DNA of 63,744 nt, filler included, from Octopus bimaculoides (GCF_001194135.2; 8 parts of 8 records of this genome joined end to end with filler, not necessarily neighbours in it), one strand, 5' to 3'; positions 1-14,183 are shown, numbered from the whole stretch's first letter. Numbers and translations: made by a program. Notes: generated by a model from the sequence alone, not told the origin.

Positions 1-210
1 TTCTTCTTCTTCTTCTTCTTCTTCTTCTTCTTCTTCTTCTTCTTCTTCTTCTTCTTCTTTCTTCTTCTTCTCCTTCTTCTTCTTCTTCTTCTTTTTCTTC
101 TTCTTCTCCTTCTTTCTTCTTCTTCTTCTTCTTCTTCTTCTTCTTCTTCTTCTTCTTCTTCTTCTTCTTCTTCTTCTTCTTGTCGTCGTCGTCGTCATCG
201 TCGTCGTTGT
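1..210. repeat. (TTC)n microsatellite grading into (GTC)n
   Basis: Direct reading of the tandem trinucleotide repeat. Confidence 0.98.
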
Positions 211-600
211 AGTTGTTCTCAACTTACCAATGCGGAAATGATTATTAAGAAAACATGTCGTTTGGGAATTTAATAAACTTAAAACAATTGCAAATTATTG
301 AAGATTCGCAGATTAACATTGGTTCAATATTACTACATCTGTTACAAACAAAACGTCTGCAATATTGACTTGTTTTGTTTCTCTTGGTATTAAACACGTA
401 GTTACAATGAACATATATTGATTTTCACCTCATCTTTTTTTTATATTTCTTTTTCGTTTCCAGTTTAACAGTTTATCTTAAATATACTCTTTGTTTAACA
501 ATAATTTAAATAAAATGCATATATAGTCACATATTAACACATACACACACACACACACACACACAAATACATAGACTCCCACACACACATACTCACCCAT

Positions 601-1050
601 ATCATCATCATGGATATCAGACGAAATGCGGGCTCTCGACAGCAATGTTCTAATACATGCTTTTCTGTGCTGCTCTATTTTCCTTGATTCCATATTATCT
701 CTGAAATCTTTAGTCCTTCTTCGGCCAATTTCCTGTCTTCCGTTATCATCTGTGGGTTTGCACCGAGGCTTACGCCTCCAATCTCCTTTCTTTCTTCATA
801 TATGACTTAGCCACCTCCACATCCGTCTCGCTGTTTTTTGTTTAACACGTTCGTGCTTGGCTTTATCCCGGACGTTTTGTTGTTCAGAATTTCTGGATAT
901 CAAATGTTTAGAATGATTCTGGAGGCACATTATTGCCAATGTTTAGATCTTTCTGAAGATATTAGTGTCAATTCATTATAACTCGGCATCATAAAAAATG
1001 CCAGATTTGCTTATATCATTAGATGTGGACATCATGCTTCCTAGACAGGT
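601..1050 (-). mobile_element. Decayed 3' end of an RTE-clade LINE
   Basis: Minus-strand translation with stops gives ...RRMWRWLSHI...GRQEIGRRRTKDFRDNME..., resembling the RTE ORF2 C-terminus (RW.GH / GRPR region). It ends in a (GAT)n tail. Confidence 0.6.
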
Positions 1051-2064
1051 GAAACACGTTATTTACAAAATAATTAATAAATAATTAATAACGACAGAAA
1101 CAGAATTAGTATCAAAAGGTAATATTTATCACCCACCTAAAAATGGATGTTGTGTTAAAATACAGAATATTGCGTTATTTATCATTAGAGGACTTTTCAT
1201 GTTGTCTTGTGGTACATAAAAACACTCGAGTATATATCGCTGGCGGGCGATTATCGTTGGCTACGACCGCCTGATCTGCCATATCATGTGATCTCACCCT
1301 TCCTTGAGCTTGTCAATGACATACGTCAAGCTAGACATAGCAGCCGATTCTCCCGTCAGCGATATATTGAATCTCAATGTCTATTCAGGCGATGGTGTCA
1401 CAAATAGCCAGTAGGCTTATTAAAAGATAACTAATGGTGACAAGTTCATATGAGAGCTCCTCTTATTGAAAATAACGCAGTGTTCTGTGTTCTAACAGAG
1501 CATCCACGTTGAGCGGGAGATAAATATTAATTTATTCACATCGTGCTACGTGATTTTTCGACTATGAAGAGCATCAGCCATCTACTTTTTCTCCAGCTTT
1601 TCATATGCTGCTCTTTCGGCATGTGTAGTAGTTCGTCACACAATTAATGGGCATCAAGAAATATCAGCTATAGTAGACATCCTTGTCTCACTCCAGTCTT
1701 TTTTTTTTTAAGAAGTCTTCTACAATTTTCCCTAAGAAGCAGAGGAACCTTACGTTCATGTCACACCAAGATAATGATCTAGAATGAAAGAATCTGCTTA
1801 CTAGAGAAATTATCCTTCCTAAATCATGCATAAGCAAATAAATAAACCTATATAAACGTATACATAGACACGCACATACGTATATATGTACGTATAAATA
1901 TATACCCATACAGAGTAATGGTAATGAATGCGGTTGTTAAATTAATTTTGGAGGGAGCTAGTACGACGGTGTGAAAAATTTGAGAGGCTGTTATTAGTAA
2001 ACAATTAATAGTTTAGAGGTATATGCAATACACTGCAAAAGTAGATGTGATACATTAGCAATAT

Positions 2065-2475
2065 TCTTTTTCACTCTAGGCACAAGACCCGAAATTTTTG
2101 TGGGGAATAGGGGCCAGTCGTTTAGATCACCCCCAGTATGCAACAGGTACTTAATTTATCGACCCCGAAAGGATGAAAGGCAAAGTCGACCTCGGCGAAA
2201 TTTGAACTCAGAACATAAACGAAATACTGCCTAGTATTTTGCCCACCGTGCTAACGTTTCTTATTTCTTTACTGCCCACTAGGGGCTAAACATAGAGGGG
2301 ACAAACAAGGACAGACAAACGGATTAAGTCGGTTACATCGACTCCAGTGCGTAACTGGTACTTAATTTATCGACTCCCGAAAGGATGAAAGGCAAAGTCG
2401 ACCTCGATGGAATTTGAACTCAGAACATAAAGACAGACGAAATATCATTAAACATTTCGCCTAGAGTGCTAACGA
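2065..2475 (-). mobile_element. Two adjacent copies of tRNA-headed SINE family A
   Basis: Repeated core 'ttatcgaccccgaaaggatgaaaggcaaagtcgacctcggcggaatttgaactcagaac', found many times in the window. Confidence 0.9.
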
Positions 2476-2924
2476 TTCTGCCAGCTCACCGCCTTGATAC
2501 ATTCCTAATTTTGTGGTGGTGCAGTTCTTCGTTGTCTTTTGTTGTTTTTTTGTTATACTTTCAGAAATGGATTCCGTAATTGATGCTACGTTTTGTGTCA
2601 GCATCTTAACAGGTACCTTTGAACAAATCCGATGTGCCAGAATTTTACTGTGAACTTGTTAATATTTTCTATATTCCGAAGCACTCTGAGCAAGCGTCCA
2701 TTTTGTATATGTCTGTTGTTTTCTCTCTGCACAAGAACATCTTCTGGTTCTATTCACGAAGGTAGTAGTTAGTTTTCTTATATTCCAATTGATGGCATTT
2801 GTCGATATTCCTATCTTTTAGTTTGCCATACATACCTCGACATAGCCGTTACTGATCACTTCCTTCTGAAGAAGACCATCTGGCCACATAATGTTAACTG
2901 AATGTTACTTCAGATATTCCAAAA

Positions 2925-3135
2925 TAGCTAAACTTAGAGGGGACAAACAGGGACAGACAAAGGGATTAAGTCAATTACATCGACCCCAGTGCGTAACTGG
3001 TACTTAATTTATCGACCCTGAAAGGATGAAAGCCAAAGTCAACCTCGGTGGAATTTGAACTCAGAACGTAAAGACAGACGAAATACCGCTAAGCATTACG
3101 CCCGGCGTGCTAACGTTTCTGCCAGCTCGCGCCTT
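2925..3135 (-). mobile_element. SINE family A copy
   Basis: Same core as 2065-2475, with head 'ggcgcgagctggcagaaacgttagcacgccgggcg' on the minus strand. Confidence 0.9.
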
Positions 3136-3363
3136 ATAAAGTGTAATATATTAACCTTGTGTTCACGCTTTTTCATTTAGTATTCTGCACTATGGTATTC
3201 TAGATTTCATTCTTTAAGTTGTTTTTTTTTAATATTTGTCTTGATATTTCCTCATCATATATCATATGTAAAGGAATTGAGATTTCTAATATTTCTGAGT
3301 TGTTTGGGAAGCTGGTGTTCAGATGTTTTTTCAAAATGATCTTACCAATATTTATGTACTTTA

Positions 3364-4280
3364 AGGCGGTGAGCTGGTAGAATCGTTAGCACGCCGGGCG
3401 AAATGCTTAGCGGTATTTCGTCTGCCGCTACGTTCTGAGTTCAAACTCCGCCGAGGTCGACTTTGCCATTCATCCTTTCGGGGTGGATAAATTTAGTACC
3501 AGTTACGCACCGGGGTCGATGTAATCGACTTAATCCCTTTGTCTGTCATTGTTTGTCCCCTCAATGTTTAGCCCCTTGTGGGCAATAAAGAAATAAGAAA
3601 CGTTAGCACGCCGGACAAAATGCTTAGCGGTATTTCATCTGCCGCTACGTTCTGAGTTCAAACTCCGCCGAGGTCGACTTTGCCATTCATCCTTTNNNNN
3701 NNNNNNNNNNNNNNNNNNNNNNNNNNNNNNNNNNNNNNNNNNNNNNNNNNNNNNNNNNNNNNNNNNNNNNNNNNNNNNNNNNNNNNNNNNNNNNNNNNNN
3801 NNNNNNNNNNNNNNNNNNNNNNNNNNNNNNNNNNNNNNNNNNNNNNNNNNNNNNNNNNNNNNNNNNNNNNNNNNNNNNNNNNNNNNNNNNNNNNNNNNNN
3901 NNNNNNNNNNNNNNNNNNNNNNNNNNNNNNNNNNNNNNNNNNNNNNNNNNNNNNNNNNNNNNNNNNNNNNNNNNNNNNNNNNNNNNNNNNNNNNNNNNNN
4001 NNNNNNNNNNNNNNNNNNNNNNNNNNNNNNNNNNNNNNNNNNNNNNNNNNNNNNNNNNNNNNNNNNNNNNNNNNNNNNNNNNNNNNNNNNNNNNNNNNNN
4101 NNNNNNNNNNNNNNNNNNNNNNNNNNNNNNNNNNNNNNNNNNNNNNNNNNNNNNNNNNNNNNNNNNNNNNNNNNNNNNNNNNNNNNNNNNNNNNNNNNNN
4201 GGGGGGGGGGGGTCGATGTCATCAACTTAACCCTCCCCTAAAATTGCTGGCCTTGTGCCAAAATTGGAAGCCAATATTAA
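3364..4280 (+). mobile_element. Tandem SINE family A copies, the second running into an N-gap
   Basis: Full copy at 3364-3600, a second head from about 3600 to the gap at 3696, and the SINE tail resuming at 4201-4280. Confidence 0.85.
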
Positions 4281-5208
4281 TGTCGTTTACCTGTTTTTGT
4301 AAGAAGTTTCTTCTGCTTATCTAGCATAGAACTGTATGCTTTTTTTTAATTCGCATTTCCCTGACTATTTGAAAATGTTGTTGTCATTATTGTTCTTGTG
4401 TCCTGTTTCTAATGGTTCTATTTTATGTTTTTCTAGGTCTATGCGAATGTCGTCTGTTGCGGGTATTAAGAATGAATGAAGGTATTGTAGCACAATGTCA
4501 CAATTAAAAGACTTTGGCAGGAAAGCTTACCGGATCACCAAAAGAATGAACTTAAGGCATACCTACACACACACACACTCACAGATACATAGTCATACAT
4601 GCAATCATCTTTTATTCTCTCTTCATCTTCTAAAATGTCTCTAACCAAAGTAAAGTGCATCGATGATTTGTGATTATTTCTGTATGAAATTTACTCTGAT
4701 AGTTAAAGCTTAGAAATTACTCTATCAAATCATACTGATGCATTGACGATCTACAAGCAATTAAATGCAAAGGCTTTAAAAGTTTATAGCAGAACTCTGA
4801 TACGACTACAAGCAGGAAGTTTAATGCTGGTCTATTAAAGCTATGTTTTCGTCTCAACTACCTAAAAATTCTTTGAATATTATTTTAGCATGTTTAAATT
4901 GATTTCTTTTGTGCTGTAAACCATTTACCATTTCTGTAGTGTCCCAATTCACTTGTTGCCCTAAACACATGCATCTTTTGCTTAATGGTAAAGCCAGCGC
5001 TGCGTAAGATGAATGTGTTTCTGCGTCGTTTTGTTATTTCTTGCGGTTCTTTGCACTCTGAGATCAAATTCCACCCGAAGTCAAGTTTGGTCGGTTAAAT
5101 ACAGTAATGCTCAAATGCTGGGAGTGATTTAATAGACTACGAAACTACTCTTGAATTTCAGGTTCAATACTTACATTAGAAGCAACTGCACACACACACA
5201 CACACACA

Positions 5209-5275
<67 letters not shown>

Positions 5276-5295
5276 TCACGCTCTCACACACACAT

Positions 5296-5480
5296 ACACA
5301 CACACTTTGGCGTGGTTGTGTGGTAAGAACTTTGCTTCTCAACCACATGATCCCGGGTTCAGTCCAACGGCTTTGGCACCTTCAGCAAACGTTTTCTATA
5401 TCCTATATCCCCAGGCCAGCCAAATCATATGAGTGGGTTTTTGCTTGGCGGAAACTGAAAGAAGCCTATCGGATATATAT
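5296..5480 (+). mobile_element. tRNA-headed SINE family B
   Basis: 'ggcgtggttgtgtggtaagaactttgcttctcaaccacatgatcccgggttcagtcc' has A/B-box-like motifs. Other copies lie at about 7690-7850, 20680-20860, 32690-32850, 51830-51975, 54660-54730 and 57620-57690. Confidence 0.85.
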
Positions 5481-6531
5481 ATATATAATGTATGTATATT
5501 GTTATGTTTCGGAATGGTCATTTTTTTTGTTTAGCCAAATAAACACACGCTCTCTCTCTATATATATATGAATTTGTTTTGCAGGATTCCTGATGTGAAA
5601 TCGTGTGTTGAAACAAATATTGATATTTTTCGGGATGGTCAATTTATTTTTTCTTGCCAAATAAACACGCGCACTATATATTCGTTCTCCACTCGTTCAT
5701 TATTGTTCTTATTTTGTCTCATGTTCATTGTCCGGAGGTCTTTCCCCTCACGTGTGGTCTGCTATGTTTAGTCCATTCTGTCCTATAGATATCTGTTTCA
5801 ACACACAGTTTCACATCAAGATTCTTGCAACACAAATTCATAAATACGTATGTGTGTGCGTGCGTGTATTCCCCACCACCACCTAACAGCCGGTGTTGCT
5901 TTGTTTATATCACCATAACGTAGTGGTTCGGCACAACAGGCCCATAGAATAAGTATCAGGCGTTAATAAAAAAAAATACTTGTAATGGTTTCGATATTTT
6001 TAGATTAAAACACTTCAAGGCTTTGCTCCAGCATGGCCGCATTCAAATAATTGAAACATGTAAAAAATGAGAGTAAAAGATATATACGTATTAAATGTAC
6101 CATTACATGAATTCCATTACATGAAATATAACAACCAGGTTTAACCGTTTCTAGAGATGGTGAAGACCGATCAGAGTTTATAGATTTCGTTTACATCTTT
6201 ACTTATTGTTGTTTGTATTGAGATTTTCATTATGTAAATGGATTATTCTTATGTAAATACAAATTCTATATCTTCATAATCCGGCTACAACAGTCGGTTT
6301 AGGGTACACACTTAGCTATTCAGTTTTTCGTTGATCCTGTTTGAAGAAAATATTAATCAATTTTGACGGCAAAATTAAACAGCCTGCAGCATGAACTTCC
6401 GATATCACCGCGTGTGTGTGTGTTTGTATGTTCAGGTATACAGTTATGTATGCAAGTGTACATTTATATGCATGTGTGTGTGTGTGTGGATAGATAGTCA
6501 TATATATACATATGTGTGTGTGTGTATGTGT

Positions 6532-6564
<33 letters not shown>

Positions 6565-7376
6565 GTGGGTGTGTGTGTGTATGTGTGTGTATATGTTTGT
6601 GCATATGTGTGTGTGTATATGTTTGTGTACATGCGTGTGTGTGTAAATATATATTTGCAAATATAAATATATATATATANNNNNNNNNNTATATATATAT
6701 ATATATATATTTATACATTTGCATTATAAATACATATGTTGGTATGTGCATGTATTGTATGTATATAGATGCATATTTTTATGTGTGTACGTGTGTGCCT
6801 GTCTGCGAGTAAGTGTGTGTGTGTGGAGGTGCATATACATATACATGTGTATACTTACATACATACATATATATAATGCATACATACACAAACGCGTCTG
6901 TCTGTCACTGTGTGCATATGCGTATGCATATGTTTGTGTGCATCTGTGCGTTAGTATACATGCTTACATGTTAGTATGCATGTGCGTGCGTATTTAGAGA
7001 GTACACTTATGTAATCTGGACCACATACATGCTGATGTAACTCCAGTTTCGTCATCTGCTGGGGTCAAAAGTAAATACGGAATTTAATGTATATCGATAA
7101 ATTGATATTTGAAATTTGTTTGTTTTTCGATAATACTTCGATCAATTTTGGGGTTAGCTTATTTTTTTAACTTATTTTTTAGGAAAAAATAAAGGCTAAA
7201 TCGGAGGTCGAACATACAACCATTCTACCCGTCCACGTATGTCTGTTCTGCCTGTCATCCATTCGTACAATTTCAGATGATGGAATCTGTGATGCATGTA
7301 TGTACATACGTACATACATCCAAACACACACACGCACACAGACAGACAGACACACACACACACACACACGCACTTA

Positions 7377-7417
<41 letters not shown>

Positions 7418-8509
7418 ACACATTATTTTACATATGTACTTAACCATTTACTAATTTCTGTTATAAGGCTGTTGTTATACTGGGGCACTGCCTTGNNNNN
7501 NNNNNNNNNNNNNNNNNNNNNNNNNNNNNNNNNNNNNNNNNNNNNNNNNNNNNNNNNNNNNNNNNNNNNNNNNNNNNNNNNNNNNNNNNNNNNNNNNNNN
7601 NNNNNNNNNNNNNNNNNNNNNNNNNNNNNNNNNNNNNNNNNNNNNNNNNNNNNNNNNNNNNNNNNNNNNNNNNNNNNNNNNNNNNNNNNNNTATATATAT
7701 ATACCCGATGGGCTTCTTTCAGTTTCCTTCTACAAAATTCACTCACAAGGCTTTGGTCGGCCCGAGGCTATGGTAGAAGGTGCCCATTGTGCCAGGCATT
7801 GGGATTGAACCTGAAAGCATGTGGTTTGGAAACAAGCTTCTTACCACACTAAGACATTTTATTTTACAAATGTATACCTTTCTACTCATCAATCTGTAAC
7901 TCTTCCTACATACAGGCACATCTACTCGCACGAACACAGACAACCTCAAATACCCTCACACACAAATACATGTATTTCTTCTTCTTACTCTTACCATTAC
8001 CCACCAAAATCATCTTCCATACAATTTCAGTACCTTTTGCAGCCTCTGTCTTCCACCTTTGTCCTTTGTCCACGGATAAATATTCTTCACCCGCCCACAA
8101 CACTAAAATCTCAACTCCAGGCTACCTACCCATCTTACCTACTCCTCTTCCTTTCTTCCTTCCTACCTTCCTCCTTTCCTTCCTTCCTTCCTTTCCTCCT
8201 TTCTTCCTTTTCTCCTTCCTTCCATCTTACCAACCTATACTTACCTACCTACCTACCTACCTACCTACCTACCTACCTACCTACCTACCAACCTACCTAC
8301 CTACCAACCTACCGACCGACCAACCGACCTGCCTGTCTGCAAATCTATGCACCTACGTAAGTATTTCATACATTTGTTTTTAACTCGCCTCACATTCACT
8401 TCTCCACTCACAAAATTAGCCAATTATGTTTCACCAACGCTCTCTCTATCTCTCTTTCTTCCTTTCTCTCTCTCTCCCCACACCTGTATTCTTGTATATA
8501 TGTCCATAG

Positions 8510-8541
8510 GTATATATAGGTAGTTAGATGACATTCAGTCC
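8510..8541 (+). promoter_or_regulatory. Candidate TATA box plus Inr (TCAGT)
   Basis: tatatatag at about 8511 followed about 25 nt later by 'cattcagtc', upstream of the ATG at 8589. Confidence 0.35.
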
Positions 8542-8588
8542 AGGCAGCGGACAGCACCCATCAACCGGACCTCCAACAAAGCCGAGCT

Positions 8589-8619
8589 ATGAAGACATTT
8601 CACTTGTTTGGCTTCATTG
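8589..8619 (+). CDS. Candidate first coding exon MKTFHLFGFI|G (phase-1 donor)
   Basis: ATG AAG ACA TTT CAC TTG TTT GGC TTC ATT G|gtgagt: consensus donor and upstream TATA/Inr. No convincing downstream exon was found. Confidence 0.35.
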
Positions 8620-10113
8620 GTGAGTTTCTAACAACACACATCATTTTGCATTTAGAATTTCCCCATATTTAACTTTAAATATCTTGACTAACATTGCATT
8701 TGTTTTTGGTTTAGATATTATTGTTGTAGCTGTTGTTGATTTGAAGAACAGAATATGGTTTTTAATATGTCTGGCTTTCATATTTTTTCAAATAATGAAT
8801 TTTCTTTCCGTTTTCATCGTTAGGCCATTTTTCTCTGTTTGGAAATGATTCCTAATCAACTTTTCTGTTTAATATATCACCGATTAACTAAAATCTAATA
8901 ATTTTTCAATTGTATATCGAAGCTCACTGCATTGCAAACCATTTATAAAACAACATATCCAACGATACTGAACTACACTTAATATTTTTTCAGCGATTTA
9001 GCATGTATTTTGAACGATGTTCCTTTATTATATATGTCCCTAAATCTAGCGACATAATCACTTCAGACTTATATTATTTAAAACAATGAACTTATATTAT
9101 ATAAAAACAAATGAAATCTCAGTATCCCATACATTCTTTGTGACTTTGAGAAATTAGCTGTCGTTTTACTTAGATTTTTAAGTATTCTATACTTTACATA
9201 TCTAGGAGTTGCCCAGAGTGTAATATAATTGTTCGTTCGTATAATGAGGCGGCAACAAAACGGCTTTGAATTGTCAGAAGATGGATTCATATAAATCATT
9301 TGACAGGCTTTATACAGCCGTAATAGGAAATTAATTTTGACATACTCTGCGATTTAGTGACATTCTTTTCGGATGTTTCCACCATCGAATATTAGTTGCT
9401 GCTAATCAACAATCATCAGCAATGATTGATTATGTTTTAAAATAATCATATTATGGTGTATTTTCGAAACCTTTTTGTATCGTCACGCCTGTTGGTCTAT
9501 TCTGTGGCTTTCAAAATTTTAATGCGAAGCCATCTTGGTTATAAATGTTATAAAGACCTAGTAAGTCATGACTATGAAGAAATTCAGCTGTGCAAACAAC
9601 GAGAGAATCAAAAACTAATACGACATCGTTGAATGATGTGTAACTTGAAGAACAATATTTTGTAGAATTCTCTTTTCTTCTGTCTTTAAAACGGATCGGA
9701 GTAGATATTTTGTGTAGACATATCAGTGGGAATGGCTTCCAAATGTCTTTGATATATTATTAAAAACATATCTCCGTATAATCTCATCTTTAATGCAATG
9801 GTAAAATGGATAAATCATTGGGATTTTATTTAAACAGTCGTGCATATCGCTGACATTTGACGGAGGATTGTACTGGGACAGAAATTTGTCGGGCGACCTG
9901 TGGTTTTTAAATTGTTAATATCAGTGATACTTGGGGAGATACTCCGAAATCAAATATTGGGAAACTTTACGACAACGTTCTTCTTTATTTCATCTGTGAT
10001 GCTGGCGTTACAGGTAATACCATCACTATTTCAGCATCCACAACCTCGTCACTGGTGTGGCATCGATTTTCAAGCAGTTTTATGAGTTACATTAATGGTT
10101 ATATTCTAGACTA

Positions 10114-10650
10114 AAGCGGCGAGCTGGCAGAATCGTTAACGCGCTGGACAAAATGCTTAGCGGTATTTCGCTTGTCACTGCGTTCTGATTTCAAATTTCA
10201 CCGAAGTCGACTTTGCTTTTCATCCTTTTGGGGTCGAGAAATTAAGTACCAGTGAAACACTGGTTTCAATATAATCGACTAGTCCACTTCCCCAAAATTT
10301 CAGGCCTTGTACCTATAGTAAAAAAAGAATTGTTACCACACTGGATGAAATGATGTTCCTTTATTATATGTCCCTAAATCTGGTGACATAATCACTTCAG
10401 ACATATTATAAAGTCCACTGATAAAAACAAATGAAATCTCAGTATCCCATACATTCTTCGTGACTTTAAAAAATTAGCTGGATGAAATGCTTAGTGGTAT
10501 TTCGCCCGTCGCTACGATCTGAGTTCAAATTCCGCCGAGGTACATTTTACTTTACATCAATCCAGGGTCGATAAATTATGTACCAGTTGAGTACTGGGGT
10601 CGATGTAATCGTCTATCCCCCTCCCCCAAATTTCAGGCCTCGTGCCTTTA
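10114..10650 (+). mobile_element. Two SINE family A copies, the second interrupted by a 125-bp insertion
   Basis: Full copy at 10114-10330. The second head is split at a duplicated ctggatgaaatg (10341-10352 and 10478-10489). Confidence 0.8.
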
Positions 10651-10753
10651 ATATTTTATCGATTAATGCATTCCGCTGCATAGAGAGAGAACCGCTGTCA
10701 AAAGAAAAATAGTTTTTTTTTATTACTATGTCATTTTAGGAAAGGAATGTGTA

Positions 10754-10867
<114 letters not shown>

Positions 10868-11199
10868 CGTGCGGCGGTTTGTTTTATTTGGCCCAATAAG
10901 TCAGAAAGAAACAAACTTTAAAAGAGAGACTGAGCGGTTATAATTTTATATTAAAATGGACGGTAGGTAAGACATTTTGCCATCAAATCAAAATATTAAG
11001 ATACGTAATGTGTAATTGTGGTGCTAGTACTACGTTCTTAACTTTTAACTTCAGCCATATTGATGCAAAACTTAATATATTTACATCTTCCTCCACTTCT
11101 TCGTCATCATCATTATCAGGTTCGGTGTTAGTCCTGGTCGGATTTATGTGAGTAGAGGGTTACTACCCGTAACGTTAGGTATCCACAACTTTTCAGCAG

Positions 11200-11961
11200 T
11201 GTTTGAAGTTCATAGAACCCTCCTGATAATCTTTGGTGTCCCTAAGAGACAAACCTTTTGTAAGAGCTCTACCGGGCATTCTATTCCAATCTCCTTCAGC
11301 CATTTATCCATAACTTTGCTTACTGTTCCCAACGCACCAATTATTATAGACACGACCTTTAATGTTCGCATGCTCCAAATTTTTCATATTTCAAATTTTA
11401 AGGGATTAGAGTTTTTTTGCTTTTCTTTCTTTTTTTTTTTTACGATCATGGAATCAAACGGGCATGCTGGCCGATCAGTAAGCAACTTCCATTTTCCTGA
11501 TCTATAATTGTTTATTATTATTATTATGATTATTATTATTATTATCGTTCAGGAGTTTTATTTTTATAACGTGTTTTCACTTCACTACCGAGCGCAGCTC
11601 TGTGCGCCTTGGGTATGTGCTGTGGTTTGCTGTGGTGCTCTTATGGTTACTGTATTGAAAGTGTTTTGCGTAGGATGTGTGCAGTGCCCAGTAGTGCAAT
11701 TTTCTGTATGCTATATATATTTGTAAGTCCTGGTGTTTTTGTTATGTATTTGTCTGAATATTTTTTTAATTATATCTAAGGCACCTACTATAATAGGAAT
11801 TGTTTCTGTTTTTAGATTCCACATTCGAGTTACCTCTATTTCCAGGTCTTTGTATTTTGAAAGTTTTTCCATTTCTTTTAGAGAAACGTTTTCATCTGCT
11901 GGTATTGATACATCAATTAGAAAGCATTTTTTTTCTTCATGATCTTTGGTAACTATATCTG
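11200..11961 (-). mobile_element. Fragments of an R4/Dong-like non-LTR retrotransposon (restriction-like endonuclease end)
   Basis: Minus-strand reading resembles IIIGALGTV...LLQKVCLLGTPKIIRRVL and the IDxxIP/KYKDLEIE motif region of RLE-type elements. Confidence 0.7.
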
Positions 11962-12005
11962 NNNNNNNNNNNNNNNNNNNNNNNNNNNNNNNNNNNNNNN
12001 NNNNN

Positions 12006-12017
12006 TTAATTAATTAA
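12006..12017. other. Artificial scaffold linker TTAATTAATTAA inside N-gaps (7 occurrences)
   Basis: Identical palindromic 12-mer, with stops in all six frames, flanked by N-runs at 12006, 19678, 21244, 29869, 48338, 51201 and 54452. Confidence 0.95.
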
Positions 12018-12855
12018 NNNNNNNNNNNNNNNNNNNNNNNNNNNNNNNNNNNNNNNNNNNNTATATATATATATATATATATATATAGGTTGTAGCTTAG
12101 CCTAAGGTCAGCCCTGATCCAGTTGAATTCTCATCAAAGGCATCAATCTTTTTTTTTTCTTTCAGACAGTGTTGTTTAGGACAATATTTTCTAATGTGTC
12201 GTTTTCTTCTTGAAACAGTGGAGTGTAAGTAGAAGGAGATTTGACTGCTATTTTATGTAGGTCAAGCGACTTCACATGTTCCCTGGCTGGCTGACTGACA
12301 TCACAGCAATTTTATGACTGTTAGAAATCATTATCTCCAGAGGATGTAGTTATAAAATAAGTAATTCTTGATAATAAAACAAATATCTGCAGGTAATGCT
12401 AGCATAATCTAAAGTTGTTATTTTTTACAGTTTAATCACTGAAACAATTAGAAGCAATCAGAGAACTTAAACTTTGCTGCAGACAGTAAACTAAAATAAA
12501 ACGAAATATTAAAGCAGTTTACCATTATTTTTATTATTATCATTATTATTATTTTTCATACATAATTTATATTCAACTTTAAGAACATAAAATTTATTTA
12601 TATTATAATAAATAAACTTTTACTCCATAGGAAGATGGTTCTGGTCTACAGAGACTTGAATTATATAGGATAATTTAAATATCATGCTTCGTTACCAAAA
12701 GATACATACATATATATGCATGAACCTACCATGATAATGCCAAGTACCAAAAAGATAAGCAAGTAATTGCAATATATTAAAAGAGAGTTTTCAACATATT
12801 AGTGATATGCTTTATTAATGGTAACATGAGCAAAATAAACAAGAAATTCTAAAAG

Positions 12856-12953
<98 letters not shown>

Positions 12954-13286
12954 ATATGTGCATATCATATATATATGTGCGTATCATATATGTGTGTGAG
13001 TGTGCATGCTTGTATATGTGTGTGTGTATGTAATACACACGCACATATACAAGCATGCACACACACACACATACACACATAGAATTATAAGCATTAAATC
13101 CTTAATCATTTAATAAAGAAGTAATTTGAAATTTACAAGGAAGGAAGGTTGAGATAAAAGATAGACAGACATAGGAAACTGGGCAGATTCCAATCACAAG
13201 AGAAAAAAGGAAGCTAAACTACATGGAAATCATTACATGAAGCTATCAGCATTTGTTCATACCAATGTGAAGTTTCCAATCATCTA

Positions 13287-13332
<46 letters not shown>

Positions 13333-13689
13333 ATGTGTGCATGTATGAATGTATATATGTATGTACATACATATGTATGTATGTAGATATATTAAGACTC
13401 TTGTCACCAGTATGTGTTCAAATTAGATCTGCAGATAAAAGCCATCAATGTGATGAAATGAAACCTAAGGTACAATTGCCAGTAAATTACACTCAGATTA
13501 AACAACAAGTTCTTATTTCTTAGGAGCAGGATCCAACAATGATTAGGATAAAATGGGAAAAAGAAATTTAATCAAAAAGGCTACGAGAAACAAATTACAA
13601 AAACAATATCTGTGTTTGTGTGTATGCACACATAATTACCTACTGTCATGGAAAAGTGCTGAACAAATGTTTTTGCAAATTTTTGAAAG

Positions 13690-14130
13690 TTAGACACTTG
13701 CATACAGAAGTGAAGATCACTTAAAGTGGATAGAATTTGTGGAAGAAGGAGACCCAGGAAGATATGGGACAAAGTATCGAAGGCCAATCACAAGACACTG
13801 TGCCTTACAAAGGAGATGATTAAGGGCCAAGATATTTGGTGCATTGTTGTACTCAAGAAGGCCCTTCCACCACATTAGAATTGATACCGGTGCTGGTACC
13901 ACATAAAAAGTATTCGTGCTGGTGCCACATAAAAAGCACTTGTGCTGGTGCCACGTTCAAAGCACCCAGTACACTTTACGGAGTGGTTGGTATTAGGAAG
14001 GGCATACAGCCATAGAAACCATGCCAGAACAGACAATAGAGCTTGGTACAGCCACTGAACGTACCAGCTCTGGTCAAACCATCCAACTCATGCCAGCATG
14101 GAAAGCCAATGTTAAATGATGATGATGTAA
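13690..14130 (+). mobile_element. RTE LINE 3' end with its 3' UTR and (GAT)n tail
   Basis: Translation LKVDRICGRRRPRKIWDKV...KTLCLTKEM followed by the common tail '...aacccatgccagcatggaaagc...gatgatgat'. Confidence 0.75.
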
Positions 14131-14183
14131 TTTTTACTTTTAGTTACAAATAATTAATTTCAAACTAATAATAATAGTCTTGC

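Noticed and set aside
1564-1647. Short ORF MKSISHLLFLQLFICCSFGMCSSSSHN
   Set aside because: Signal-like but has no canonical donor or promoter, and stops after 27 codons.
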